A stretch of DNA of 64,000 nt from the NCBI GenBank assembly GCA_016906335.1, contig JADEYG010000004.1, positions 186,001 to 250,000 of the forward strand, in the 5' to 3' direction. Shown here piece after piece: positions 14,910 to 28,613 of the stretch. The stretch is from Novakomyces olei (taxonomy: Eukaryota). The notes below the pieces were generated by a model. That model did not search any database and was not told the DNA's origin. It worked only from the letters and a program-made list of their open reading frames with translations. How positions within the stretch are numbered: the first letter of the stretch is position 1; each line of letters opens with the position of its first letter. Position numbers and translations under genes: made by a program.

Positions 14910-15593
14910 TTAGTCCTTCAATTTTAATATTCGCGGTTTGCTGGTAAGCTGTGCCTCCGAAATCTTCTTCACCAGCTCCTGCTCAGGGTTGTCCAGAATG
15001 TCTTGGCCCGTAAGGCCTTCCTGTACCTGTTCCATGTCCACGAACCCTGCAACCTTCCACTCTGTGCCTGCAGCATGAACTGTGACCTGACTCATTGACA
15101 CCGTGTACGCAGGCTCTTCACGAATACTCCGAGCTTTAGGGATCAAAATCTGCCGGTTCGTGTCACCGCTTTGCACTAAATACTGCCAAATAAAAGGGTT
15201 TGTGTGCTTTATACGATTAATCATGGTTGGTATCTATGCGTTTCATTAGCACAGACACAGGTACAGAAAGGCAATTGGGAAGCTTACCACCGTCATTACG
15301 CACAGCTCCAGAGGTACGGCCTCCTGTTCATTTTCACCGATAAGCGTAAAGTCGTTGCGAAGCAAATAAACATTTGGGAAAGACTGTGTGTCTCTCACTA
15401 ATTCGTCAATTCGAGCATTGGTAATTGCAAAGCAGCCGTCCTGTGCCTGCTCATTTTCATTTGCCGACGCCTCCTTCTCTTGCGTCGTTAATGGCGCTAA
15501 AGACGGCGTCACGGGAAGGAGCGAGTACACGAGAATAAGTACGATTCCGAACGTGATCACCGTTGCCGATACCAATTGGCCATTTACACGCAT
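14910..15593 (-). CDS. Hypothetical ~209-aa protein with one N-terminal hydrophobic segment; intron 15234-15287
   Basis: Two ORFs joined in frame by a GTAAGC..GCTAAT..TAG intron; LVSATVITFGIVLILVYSLL is TM-like; family not recognised. Confidence 0.7.
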
Positions 15594-16018
15594 ACCTCTA
15601 ACTTGGCTCTAGTCTTTTATCGTTCGGCCCGATGTGCACATGTGAATTGTCAGATATTGCTTTTATCATTATCGTGGAACTTATACTATAGTCTAATAGT
15701 AAGCAGTTTATTTATTATTATTTTACTGCTGCTCTTTTTAATGATTTTTATTTTATAAGCCATGCTTGTATCAACTACTAATCTCTGGGGCCGTAACGCT
15801 TATTCTACTACGTTGATGGACAAAGTTAAATTTGTACGTACTTTTGATGGCCAAAGTAGCAAAAATCTTAATCCTATCAGTGCTGTCTCACAAGAATTCC
15901 GACTCTTTATATCTGAGCGGGTCAGTCTCTGATTCGAATTTTGTTGGTAGAAATTCCCCACACATAACATATATTATTGGCCGTATAAGTATTACAAGTC
16001 TCAAATTGTTCCATCAAA

Positions 16019-16364
16019 ATGTCGACTCCACCGTCGCGGAAAGATCGCGAAAAATGCTGGGCTGCTCGCGATTTATTTTTCGATTGCCTCGACAAGAAGG
16101 ATATCATTGATCCTGAGCAGGCCGAAACGGGCCGAGTGTGTGCGCAGGAACTCTTGCGGTTCAAGTCGGACTGTTCTGCCTCGTGGGTACGTATAATTAT
16201 TTGTAGTGGTGCAGGCTAAACGTCAGGTTGTATATTTTTCAAAAAAGAGGGTACAAGACTATAACAAGCAAAAGCAGCTTGAAGACCTGCAGCGTCGAGG
16301 TGCTATTCCTCTCGAGGGATCATTTGGGCTTCCTAAAACTGCCCGGCCTAACCAGGCCAGCTAG
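16019..16364 (+). CDS. COA6: Cytochrome c oxidase assembly factor Coa6 (COX6B-like); intron 16187-16226
   Basis: PPSRKDREKCWAARDLFFDCLDK...C...F.SDCSASW|VVYFSKKR. Confidence 0.88.
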
Positions 16365-16920
16365 ACGGGATTCAGACAGTATGAACTAGCGTTTTCATGA
16401 TAATAGCATACAATCCAAAGTCAATTAACAGCGCAGTATAGGCGCATCCTTCTAATTGGCACCTTCATCTAATTCCTACTCTAGCTCCCTGCCCTTGGCA
16501 TACCAGTTTTGGTAAAGTTGAAGCTTTGGCACAATACTCTTTCAACCCTAATATTCAACTTTTTATGGTCAATATGGTACTTGTAGTTGGAAAATATACT
16601 ATAATTGACATGTACCTGTTTCCATAGTACTTTATGTGCTGTGCGCACGGTACTTTTAATTTACTATGTACTTTACAATATTTTGTAGTGTTTTTAATAA
16701 TACGTACTACAGTGCCAACTTGCACTTGAACTCGTCACACTTTAAACCACAGCACTTTAAGCTTGTAGCCTAACCTTATAGCACTCTACCTTTAGCACTC
16801 TACCTTTAGCCCTTTACCTTTAGCACTTTACCTTTTAGCACGTTGATACTATACGTAGGGTTTATACACTATAATACTACCAAGTTAGGGTTAATATCGG
16901 CAGCCAATCCGTCAAACTTG

Positions 16921-17835
16921 ATGCTAGATGCTTCAGCAAGTGTGCAGATTGGCCGCTTGTATCTGCCGAGCGACATAGTTGCGGCAGTAGATGACGTTGA
17001 GGAAGACGTAGCTGAGGCCTTTGCTTTGCCTCTGGACGCTCAGCGCACGGGCCACGGTTTGGGAATAGTTTCTACAAAAGACGCCTTTGTGCAAATCCAA
17101 GTACAAGGCCGCCAGCTCCAGCTGTACCAGGACATTTCCGCGCTCTACCAGGATCGGGGCAACACGTCTGCCGTTCTTTGGCGGACTAGCAAAGTTTTCC
17201 TGCTGCAGTATGCGCCAGACTGGCTCTTGCAAGGCTGCAGGCAGGCGACCATAGTGGAACTCGGGGCCGGATCAGTCGGCCTGGGGCCTTTAGTATTAGG
17301 CAGCCGGGCAAAGACGTACTTTGCCACTGACGCGAATGAGCCAGCTCTGCGCTGTCTGGCAAAAAATCTACAAAATCAAGCGGCAGAATGGGAAAAAGAG
17401 ACGGGAAAAAGTAAAGGCAATGGCCATCGACAAAAGGGCAAGCAAACGCGGCTGCCTTGTCCCGCTAACGTGCAAGTGCACCGTTTTGATTGGTCAGTTC
17501 CGCCTGATAGTGCGGCTGTGCGACTATGGACAGCGGGCGGCACTGAGAGTGTCGATATCGTACTCGCAATGGACTGTGTCTACAATATACACGGGGCCCG
17601 TGCTATTGCTCATTGTATGGCACAGCTGAGCTGTGTGCTCGTGCCGCCGCCTGTCTTTATCGTCGCCCAGGAGCTTCGCGATTTCGATGTGCAGTTAGAG
17701 TTTGAAACAGTGCTGCACCAGTCTGGCTTCGTAATCTGGCGCGTTAATGATCCACTCCTACACTCTCTAATGAGTGGGTTCTCTTTACTGCTGGCAAAAG
17801 GGGGTAATGCCAAAGGCACAAGTTTGGCAGACTGA
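16921..17835 (+). CDS. RKM5: Seven-beta-strand protein lysine methyltransferase (Rkm5/METTL21-like)
   Basis: GNTSAVLW, VELGAGSVG (motif I), YFATD, FDW, IVLAMDCVYN. Confidence 0.75.
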   Translation: MLDASASVQIGRLYLPSDIVAAVDDVEEDVAEAFALPLDAQRTGHGLGIVSTKDAFVQIQVQGRQLQLYQDISALYQDRGNTSAVLWRTSKVFLLQYAPDWLLQGCRQATIVELGAGSVGLGPLVLGSRAKTYFATDANEPALRCLAKNLQNQAAEWEKETGKSKGNGHRQKGKQTRLPCPANVQVHRFDWSVPPDSAAVRLWTAGGTESVDIVLAMDCVYNIHGARAIAHCMAQLSCVLVPPPVFIVAQELRDFDVQLEFETVLHQSGFVIWRVNDPLLHSLMSGFSLLLAKGGNAKGTSLAD

Positions 17836-17964
17836 TGGTGCTGTACAGACTTATGGCGCGATTACGCATGTGCCGGTACGTCGCTCTAGCACAGTATTAA
17901 AAGCTTAAAACTTGAACTATGATCCTTCCCAATAATCGATAGTACGCTCGTATTGTTGCCGTAA

Positions 17965-18195
17965 TCCTACTTTTCATTTGATTCTACTTTGGATTTGATC
18001 CTACTTTTGATTTAATCTTACTTTTGATTTGACCCTACTTTTGATTTGACCCTACTTTTGATTTAATCTTACTTTTGATTTGACCCTACTTTTGATTTAA
18101 TCTTACTTTTGATTTGACCCTACTTTTGATTTGACTCTACTTTTGATTTAATCTTACTTTTGATTTGACCCTTCTTCATTTGACCCTACTTTTGA
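17965..18195. repeat. 17-bp minisatellite with two interleaved variants (GATTTGACCCTACTTTT / GATTTAATCTTACTTTT)
   Basis: About 13 units read directly between convergent RKM5 and HIR3. Confidence 0.9.
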
Positions 18196-18398
18196 TTGAT
18201 CGTATACACTGGTCTCATGCAGAGCATAGTTGATCTGTGAGAGTACAGTTGAACCAAACGGAAACTAGAATGCAATATAAAAGATGTATTACGAGACTAA
18301 TGGTATTCATGAGACGAACAACGAGACCAATGCTCCACTCCCATCGTGCCCAGTCTGGCGTCGTGTCCAGTCTGGCCATACTCGTTGCTGCCTTTTAA

Positions 18399-20476
18399 TC
18401 ACCCATTACCCGCACCAGACTCGGCCGTATTCGTCCGCGACCGGTGATCAGGCGTCGTGTCATTTACACTTTGGATAACTGCTCTTGAGCTGCTTGCAGA
18501 CTTGGCCGGAGTCCGTGGAATTTTAGCCGCTGCTAATTGAGCGGCTCGAGCAAGTGCAGATTTCCGTTGTGCAGCTTTAGCCGTTGGAGACTCGTCAGCG
18601 ACAGGTGAGCTCTGGCTTGGTGAGCTCTGGCTCCAGTGTCTCCCCGTACCTTGTGCCGGCAGAGTGCCGGTAAGGTTTAGCAAGTTTTCGATAGAAACCC
18701 TGTCTGATCGGCCCGTGGGAGAGGCGGTATAGACGCTGGTAGCAGGTTTCGGAGGCAGTCTCGCCTGAATACTACTACTATTAGTACTACTAATAGTAGT
18801 ACTAATAGTACTACTAATAGCAGTACTAATAGTACTACTAGAACTAGCGTCAGTACTGTTATTGTATTGGGAATAGAGGCGAAAAAAGCAGTGCAGGATA
18901 ACGTTGTCGATAGCCTCCTGATCGAACCAGCCGGCATTTGTCCTCCGGAGATCGATCATATCGCGGAGCATATAGTAGTCAGGCGCAAGGTCCCTGCCCG
19001 AGTTTGTGCTGCCTCCGCCCTGCATGAGCCACGATTCAAAGTGCTTGTACGCCTCATCGTCGAGTGCCTTGAACAGGTGCAATTGATGCAATTGCCGCTC
19101 AGCACTGTGGCCGCCTTCGAACCCTCTCAGCCGGCCAACAGTGGAGAGGTAGTGGTTACAAAAGAACGTCCATATTGCCCTATGGCCGACCATACTGGCA
19201 TTCGCCCGGCGCAGTTTTCTGCAGAGGCTCCTGAACCCTTCAGGCACATCGTCAGTGGCCGCAAGCAGGCGGACAAGGTACCGTGTGTACCGTCCGGCAT
19301 AAACGAAATGCCGTCCAGGTCGTTCGTTCTCTGGCCGCCATATATTAACGAGCGGTTTGCCACTGACACGGAAGAAGAAGAGCATCTCCAGGTTCTGCTT
19401 GGCTCGTGCTATATCCCCATACGCCTCCTCGTATATCCTCGCAATCCTGTACGTAGGCCGGTGCTGCCAGTGCTTCTTGTCCGAGTGCCGAATGGCCAGC
19501 ATGCCCTGCAGTATACGGTCCACTATGGCCATAAAGGCCAATTGGCTGCCATTGCTATTGGCAATGGCATTGTTATTGCCATTGTTATTGCCATTGTTAT
19601 TGCCATTGCCATTGCCATTTCTATTGCCATTGCCATTGCCATTGCCATTGCCATTGCCATTGCCATTGCCATTGCCATTGCCATTGCCATTGCCATTGCC
19701 ATTGCCATTGCCATTGCCATTGCCATTGCCATTGCCATTGCCATTGCCATTGCCATTGCCATTGCCATTGCCATTTCTATTGTTATTGCCATTTCTATTG
19801 TTTACAGAGTAAAAAGGGCTCTCGTCCAGTGCCGTGTCAGCTGCCTGCTCTGTTATCTGCCGCCGGACAAGGTACTTGTACGCTACAGACCCAAGACGGT
19901 AGTGCGGCTCGAGCACAGTGTCCCTGGCAGAGTCCGAGTTTGCCTGCCGTTCAGCTCTTACACTGTCCACTGCCGCAGAGACAACAAGGCGCGGGTCCCT
20001 CTGTGCCTTTGCATACGCTTTACAGAGGTAATAGTAGCTCTTCCAGCTGCTCATACTTGGAGCAGCCTCAACGGCCTTTGTCAGCCTGGTCGAGGACCTG
20101 GTCAAGGACCTTGTCGAGTACCTGATCGAGTACCTTATCGCTCGGGCAGCGGCATCAAACAGCCTTGTTCTCTGTAGCCTCCGCTGCTCAATCACGTAGA
20201 GGCCGTCGTCGTTGCTCAAGACTTTGGGCGCTTTTGCCTCAAAGGCACTCGCGTCCAGTGGCTCCCGCAGACTCGCGTACAGCCTGTAACCGTACTCGTA
20301 AAGGCAGCGAGACAGATCAAAGTCGCTCGGAGGCTTTTTTGCCTTTTCTTTTTCTTTTTCCTTTTCTTTTTCTTTTTCTTTTTCCTTTTCCCTTTCCTTT
20401 TCCCTTTCGTTTTCCTTTTCCTTTTCCCTTTCATTTTCCTTTTCGTTTTCCTTTTCATTTTCCTTTTCCTCTTCCC

Positions 20477-20516
<40 letters not shown>

Positions 20517-23500
20517 CCTTTCGTTTTCCTTTTCCTTTTCATTTTCCTTTTCCTTTTCATTTTCCTTTTCCTTTTCCCTTTCCGTTTCCTTTTCCTTTTC
20601 CTTTGCCAGTGGAATAGTAGAGGCAGCGGATTGCAAGTACAAGGCAATTGCCATCTGGTAAGCCTTCAGCGAGCAGCGGACACATCGAGCTATTTCCAAC
20701 CGGTTTGCGGCAATATCGTCAGCGTTCCAGCACAGAAAAGTGTCTGACTGCAGACCAAAAGCATGAGCCAGCCCGTACCACGACTCGACACGGTCCGGGT
20801 TGAGTTCAATGTCGTAGCAGTAGTACTGCTGCGTCGCTTCCAGGTCCTCAATATTGCCTCCAGCTGAAGATTTCTGACGCGACTTGTACTGCCCAAAGGA
20901 CAGCTGTGCCTGTGTATAGTATATATCCAACACTCCCCTCTCAATACGCATCCTCTGCAAGTGCCCGGCTGTAGGCTTTATCAGATCTATACGTGCCGGA
21001 TTGGTTGTAAAATGGATCGAGTTTGCCAGCACTATATCGTCGTCCAAGTACTTGTCCAGTACCATTCTATTCACTGCCACAAAACTGGCACCAGTGGCAC
21101 TCGGCGGGCCAATAGCCTCACATATCCTGTCAAAGACGGCCTTTTGATCAGACCGTGCCATTACCCACCCAGAGGCCTTTTTCTTGACGGCAAACCTGAG
21201 CATAAAGGGCGCCAGGTAAAGGGCTCCCTCCCGAGTAAGCGGCTGTGTGCTCTGCACGTTATGCTCATAGGGGAAAAAGTACTCGCTGCCACAGGATAGG
21301 CCGTACAGGCAGTGGATACACTGCAGAATCTCGTTCTCGTTCTCCCAAACTGCCAGAGCCATATTCTCCCGCAAAGAGAGGTTTAAAAATACTCCATTAT
21401 TGGCAGAGCAGGACGCATTAAAGCCCAGTTCTTCGTGTACGATCCGTAGAAAGCTTGAGCGTAGGACGACGCTTTTTCCTTTAGCCTCTATACTGTCAGA
21501 GACAGTGTTAGAGACAGTGTTAGAGACACTATCAGAGACACTATCAGAGACACTATCAGTACAACGGGCAAAGAGGAGGTAGCAAACGCTCCAGCAGCCG
21601 GCAGACAAGTCCTTTATTGCGGCAGTAAACTCGGCATACGAGTGCTTGTCTATAGCAAAAGGCCGTTTGTACCCGGAATCCGAGTCCTCAAGCTTATCCT
21701 GCAGCCAGGTAAAAGTGGCTACGAGCTGCAAAAACTTGAACGTGTCAAGGACACCGCTGGCACAGCGGTCACGCTCAACGCTGGCAAAGCAGTCCCTGTG
21801 GTCTGCGATTATAAGGCAAAGGCCGTTTACGACACTTCGCAGCTTGCCCAGAGTCCGGAGCAATTCAATACTGGACTCGTCAACGGCACGCAGGCTCTGT
21901 AAGCTGGAGGCAATCAGAGAAATGGCCCCGAGCAGGCTGCTGGCTGCCTGCGTATAGTTGCCCTGCTGGATAAAGGCATCGTGCAAGACAGTCCACATGT
22001 GCAGCCTAAAGTCCACCGACGTCCGCTCCACAAACTGGGACATGACAAAGTAATCAGAGACGTCGGGATCGGAGTCGGACCGGCTACTGCCACCGTCAAG
22101 GCCGGCAGCTGTTCCGTGGAACATTACTGGGCCCAGCCGGTCGATTACAGAGGCATAGTCAAGGTTCTGCTTGCTCTCGAAAAGGGAAGCGAAAAAACTG
22201 ACAGTCTTGAGCTTTGTAATGTCCAGGTTGACAGAGTCAAGGGATATAGTGGACATTGTCCGGAAATTGGGGATCTCTACTACGACATCGTGTATACCAA
22301 ACTCGTTTTGGATAAGGGCAAACGACTCACGGCACTGAGCAATGCTGCCGCCATCTGAATCGTCATTTTCATGGGGTTGAGCAGCGAGACGCATTACAAT
22401 CATACGCGAGTACATGAACCTTACACGCAGCTTTTCCCACTCTAAACTCGAGGGGATTACACTGTCCGCTTTCCATACAAGATCCTCCGTAATCGAGACC
22501 CATTTGCTCAGCCTGCGTGACTGTGCCAGAAGCTCGTCACTCGATTCCATAGGCTCACTGGCTTCCAAATCACTATGGGCCTCGAGGGCCGATTGCGCCT
22601 TCAATTTAGACTCGTAAACGTGGTCAATATACGTCTCCAACAGCGTTTCACACAGGTGGAACAGACAATGGGCTCGTCGCTCATCCGTCTCGCTGCCACG
22701 GGAAAACCAAATGTTGGTTTGGCTCACCAGAGTCGACAAGACATCCTCAAAGGCCAGAACGAGTGCGGTAAAATTGGTTTTTAGTCCGGGGCTCCATGAC
22801 GTAGCCAGGTAAAAAGTAGCATGCGGGTCAAAGGGCGCTGGAGTACAGAGGCAGATCACAAAGTATACGACAACCTCGGTAAGGGAGGAGCCATTTGCAG
22901 GTACGGTTCCGCCAATAAACCGCTGCACAGTGTTCTCTATAAAGCCAATGTCTGCTGAACGCTTCAAGGCTTTTGGGGCCAGATCTGAGAACAGGAGCTG
23001 GTTCGTGTTCTCGGGAGCCTTCGAGGAATCATGCTTCCAAAATATTTCCTCTGCCGCAGACGCTGTGTACTGGTTCAAGATAAAAGATGCAAAGGTTGAT
23101 ACAACATGGTTGCTTGAGTCGAGTACGGCATTATTTAATAAAATGTCCCTGAACGATTTGATCTCCTTCTCCACACTCCGTAGTTCAGTATCCTGAAATA
23201 GTGCCTCAAGCTCGTTTAAGAATGTTATGAGCGAATGCGTTGGTTCAGACTGCTCTTTGGGAGCCGCAGCCGTTCTCGCACGTTTACTCGATCTGCAATG
23301 ATTGAACAACACGTTAGCACAAGAGCAGGAAATTTAAAAGCAAAATATAATAAAACTCGAGCAATGGAAATTAGAAATAAATGCATATCCTCTAGCAATA
23401 AAGATTTCATACCGGGTTTCCGTCATGTCTATCGAGACGGCTCTCTTCTCCGATAAACGTAAAGTAGTAGATTTTTGCTCCTCGGTATCAGCTGGTGGAG

Positions 23501-24724
23501 AGATGGCATCCTGTCGGACAGTTTCGGTAGAGGCATCTGACTTTGAGTCGATTGTCACGATATCCGTCGGCTCTTTTGCTTGAAAACTGTCCGGCAGTAA
23601 GGGCGATGATGGTGGCGCCGTATCGATGGTTTGGTTATCAGTAGAGGCGGGCGACTTTGCCTTGAATTTTATTATAATTGGGGCTGTATCGACTGTGTCT
23701 ATTCCATCAGTGGCAAAGCGAACCATATGCATACCCAAGAGCCCCGTCAAAAATGAGGCAATTTTATCCATAGACTTGACATTTATTGCTACGTCGAACG
23801 TTTCGTGTTTAACGGCCGTCTCCGTCCTGTGAATTGTTAGGTAAGACGCGAACGTAGACGATTTTCCATTTCCATTTACCTTTGTCCCAAGTCATCTGGG
23901 ATCCAAGGGAAAAGATCAAAACGGGAGACACTTGGTGCCGATTGGCGAGCTTCCCGCGAGTCGATCAGAGCCACAGCTCTAGAGTAAAGTATTGTATTCA
24001 AAGCATTTTCAGGGTTAAACCTGCTATAATTATGCGTACAAGGCACCCCATGCCTTGTCTCTTGCTCCTCCGGGACTACTCCAGCGACAATAGCGCTTTC
24101 CAGGGCAAAGCGCTCAATTCTAGGAAGCCGTAATTTACGGCCGAGCTCAGCAGCGCGTCTCCATGTTTGCTTGTCCGCGTCATCAAAAGCGAGAGCTTCT
24201 ACAATATTCTCCAAGGCTTCTTGTGAGCGCCGTGCTATCTCCTCGCGTCCCACAGCCGGGTCCTGTCGCAATCGATCCAAGTCAAATAAAGCAAACGACT
24301 TGAAGGCGAGATGCCGTAGGAGCGTCAGCGAAGAAGATGATTTAGTTCGTTCTGCGCCCTGTATTAAATGTAAGAAAATTGGTACTGATCAGCGCTATTT
24401 ATGGATGCGCAATTGACATGATTACCGTGACAAGGTCTTCATAGAGCACGTCAATATCAAAGAGTTCGTCATACACCGTACTGGCGCCGCTATAGTCGCC
24501 CTTGGAATAAAGCAACAGAGCCTTTTCGTACAGCTTTAGTCCCCGTTCAAGCTGGTCGTTAGACTACACGTCCTCCTTCCAATTCACGCTCTTACTTCAA
24601 TTTCTTGAGTGCGGACTTGCTTTTCACGCAAGAAAGCCTCCTCGTCTTCCGTCTCATTGAGTGCCGTAAACGAGCTCTATACACTGATCAGCCTACCGAT
24701 TCGACACAAGCCTTTTACCTTCAT
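18399..24724 (-). CDS. HIR3: Histone transcription regulator 3 (HIR complex, Cabin1-like), multi-exon
   Basis: Spliced N-terminus MK|SSFTALNE..; RLPRIERFALES; ILQCIHCLYGL; ESWYGLA; LEPHYRL; DKKHWQHRPTYRIA; VNIWRPENERPGRHFVY. Confidence 0.9.
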
Positions 24725-25089
24725 AATGGCGCTCTACCACATTTCTTAAGCTCTGCTGCCGTACTCCTTTCCACCGCTACTTTGTACCCGTTTCAACTGT
24801 GTCCTGCCCGTCTTGTGTATGGCATTATCACTCAATTTATCTAGTAAAAGGCATATCGTATAGGCAAGGCAAAAGCTACCGTAGAAGAGACCATATGAAT
24901 GGCAGGCAAAGAGTATTACAATCTACACAGTCTACGTGCTCTGACAATATGCAAAAGCTGAGCGTAATAAGGTTACTCGTTTCCAAGTCTACAAGCGCTA
25001 TAGCACCCGCTTCTTCCGGTTCGCACTATATATAACCTTCAACGGATTGTGTTTTCAAGTGCACTTTTGCCAATCGGCAGTGCCTTGGT

Positions 25090-25328
25090 CTAATGCTCCA
25101 TTTCGTGAATACGTTTAAACGCGGTCGCCTTGCCGTCCGTGTACTTGGACACTCGCAGGTCCATATCGCCGCGGCGGGACGCTTGCAAACGGGCCTCCTC
25201 CTTCAGACTCTTGCGGACTGTGTCTGCCGCAATTGAAGCGTAACGGTTGTAACTGACTCGGTTAGATACACGGCCAAGGCAGAGCGGTAAGGCACTTACG
25301 TAAAAGCTTTGCGCCACGCAAACACCAT
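25090..25328 (-). CDS. ATP15: Mitochondrial ATP synthase epsilon subunit, 2 exons
   Basis: Spliced MVFAWRKAFT|YNRYASIAADTVRKSLKEEARLQASRRG; GTAAGT..CTAAC..CAG intron. Confidence 0.9.
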
Positions 25329-25823
25329 GATTAAAGACGTTTAGAGCTGATTTCCTTCAGGTTTTGGATCAGTCGGACAAGGCTGTTTGGCTCGTTATTC
25401 TTTTCTTCCGGTTACTTTTAATTTTAGAGTAACGCAGCAGACTCTGTAAAAAACACCCAAATAAATAGTCTGTATTATACCCAAATAAATTCTAAGTATT
25501 ATATCCAAATATTCCCAGTAAATAAATACCAAATAAATAACCTCACTGTGCACGGCTAGATTACTTGTGCCAACGCGTTTCACGGGTGGCAGCCTGAAAA
25601 TCCCAGCGTTGCAGCTCAGTTTATACAACGATCAACAGACGGTTGGAAGCGTCGCTGTAAACGGTAAACAGCCGAGTCTGACGGCAAACGACGATTTGCA
25701 TCTGCCGACTGGTTTTGCTTTTCTTTTCTTCTAATATCGTTACTGTTCTTTACCTTTTATTTGGCCGCAAAGTACCTGTCGCCCGCTGAGTCTGCCGGGA
25801 AGGGCTTCTAATTTGCGCCGTTT

Positions 25824-28613
25824 ATGGCAGAACATTTGGTCGATGTACCAGAGTAAGGATAATCGCGTCCAGAGAACGAGCTTACAATTGCAGATTTGTG
25901 GAGAACGAACTGCTTGAAGCAATCAATGCCCGGGACAAGGCAATTGCACAATGGCGTGATGTTGGGCCGCCTGATCTTGTTCATTTGACAAAATCACAAG
26001 TTCGTTACCCCACCAAGGAGGTTCGTTTTCATATACCGGTTTTTAAATAATAAAAAAGTGAAAAAAAAACAAATAAAATTCTCAAAAAAAATCCTTAAAA
26101 AATTCTTATTCGAGCAATGCTAATAGCGTGCAAAGACCGGATCTTACCACCATGTGCTCGGTCTCGAAGTCCTGTCGTCCGCGTCTGGTGCAGCTTACAT
26201 CAATACGCTCACGTACGCGCTAGTACAAAGCCAGCAGTGGTTCAGTAAAAGCCAGACATGGAAGATTCACCAGGGAACTTATTGGTAAGGTTTCGGTGTT
26301 TATACAGTTTGTCTGATCTCGTGTTGTAGCTGCTACAATGCGTTTTCCCGCCTCGATATGCGGGTCGATGTAAAGATTCCGGGTAGCGTCGAGTCTTATG
26401 CGGTCGATGAGACTGGCCAAACGTAAATCCTAATTCCCACTAGCGCTTCTCAGCGTCATTTTTATTTCATACTCGTCCTGTACCTTTTATCCTTGTATTC
26501 TAATTATCTTTATTTATTTCGATATTTTATGTACATACTCGTACATATTTCATGGCTTGTTTCTGACATGGTCCAGTATCCAAGACACACCCGAACTGTG
26601 GCAGGAGGCTTACATATCAGCAATTGTGCGTACTTTTCTCTTAGCCGACGATTACAATTATAGAATGGCCGGCGTAAGACGTCTCAATCCGATTCCTGAC
26701 TTGAAAAGCGAAACAACTTTTCTCCAAGCTGCAGAAGCATTGTTTTTCCAAGGCTACCAGATTGGTTCGCCACCAGATGTGCAGATATCATCTTTGGTGT
26801 CGAATTATTTGGTGCAGACATTGATGGCTTATTTTGAAATGACGGGCCGATGGAGCAAGGGGGTAGAATTATTTGGTCGTATCGTTGACCAGAACCCAGA
26901 CAGTTTTGGACTTTTGGTAGAAGCCTGTTTTAGAGGTGATTTTGAAATAAAAGCAATACAATTAGCGCACACGCGATTAAGAGAGCACCCGCTCGACAGT
27001 ACAGTCTTGATACAGCAGGTCAAATTTTTACTAAGGCGAGGACGGAAAGATATGGCCTTGAAATGCGCAAAAATGGCAGTGGACGCTTCACCCTCGGAGT
27101 TCAATACTTGGGCAATCCTGACTGAAGCTTATATCGAGAACGAGGATTTTGAACAAGCTCTTTTGACATTGAATTCTTGCCCCATGTTTACCTATTTGGA
27201 AAAGGATATTTGCCGTTTTCCACCGCCTGCACGCGCTCATCTTCCAGTACCCACGAACGCAGAGACAGAGGGAAGATTCGAAGAAGTTGATTCTCGCACA
27301 ATGGCACATGAAGTGGTACGAGTAGCTAATCTAAGAGTGCATTTATTAATTTTGTTATGATTTATTTAAATTTATTTCATATTTACAATTAATTAGTTTA
27401 TTAATTGTTTGTTTATTTATTCAATTATATTCATCTTTTCTACTCTATTTTTTTCTTTAATTATTATTAATATTAATGAATAATTGCTAATTTCAAAGAC
27501 GGACGCGAATCTCTTACGCTTACCCGCTCCTAATCTGAAGGGCACTTTTGCAAAAGCCTACGATCTGCTTGGGAAACTAGCGCTCAAAATTGGCTGGGAT
27601 GAACTATTAGCGTTTAGATCTAATGTCTTTGTCATGGAGGAAGAGTACAGAATCTCCAAGACAGGCCATCAAGATTCCGATAAAGTCGACAATGGCCAGG
27701 TCGACGGTCAGAGTGCAGAGGAGCAAGTAAGTGACCAAGCAGATACGACCCTAGCGTCAAAGCAGAAAGCTCAGAATGGCGATCAAAATGGTGATCAAAA
27801 TGGAGAAGAACCAAATAATTCGACTGAAAAGGCTCAAAATAGTGATGAGACTGGTGAAGAGGAAGCAGCTACTATCCAGAAACCAGGACCGTCCTCGGAG
27901 CCGCTTCATGTAGGAGAAAATGAAAATGCCGGGACTAATCATCATCACCCGCACCATCAACAGGGCTTTTTCAGCAAACGACTTTGCGAACGATGGCTGG
28001 ATAATCTTTTTATGGTTTTATATGAGGTAAGTAATTTTGGAACTATTTTCATTTTCGAGATTCCGAATGTGTATCTTTAATTACGAAAAACATGATAATT
28101 GAAAAATAAATAAATTAAAAATTAAATACGTTTAACGTATATCTATTCTAACATCAACAGGATTTGCGTGCGTTTACACTGTGGAGGGCGGAATATAGTC
28201 ATTATCGAAACCAAAATCTAACTTATGAAAAAAAAGCAGTAGAATGGGAAATATTGGGAGAACTATCACAGCGTTTGCACCACGACGAGGAGGCTATAGA
28301 CGCTTATACTCAGGCAGTTGCTCAAAAATTTTCTCATCGTTCATGGAGGGGATTAGCCATACTGTTTCAAAAACGAAAGCATTTGGAAATGCTTTTGTTT
28401 TCCATTGCGCAGCTGACTTTCTGGACTCATAGATGGTACCAAGAATTTTCGCCATTTTTGATTGATAAGATGCGGCAAGCGCTTGAAAATGACGGGGCAT
28501 TACGCGTGAAGAGTGTTATCGCTGCTTCCGATATTACTCCGTCCCTACACACTATTATGGACAAGTACTTTAAACTGGCAGAAACGTTCCAGTTTGTCGG
28601 GTACAATATGTAG
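25824..28613 (+). CDS. BUD7: ChAPs-family exomer cargo adaptor (Bud7/Bch1), multi-exon
   Basis: GPPDLVHLTK, YCCYNAFSRLDMRV.VKIPGSV, ALLTLNSCPMFTY, LLRLPAPNLKGTFAKAY, KRLCERWLDNLFMVLYE|DLR. Confidence 0.9.

Noticed and set aside
17965..18195. CRISPR-like array
   Set aside because: The units are contiguous with no unique spacers, the context is eukaryotic, and there are no cas genes.
18867..20617. Long plus-strand ORFs (436 aa poly-IA, poly-LP, poly-FP)
   Set aside because: They are antisense shadows of the repeat tracts in HIR3.
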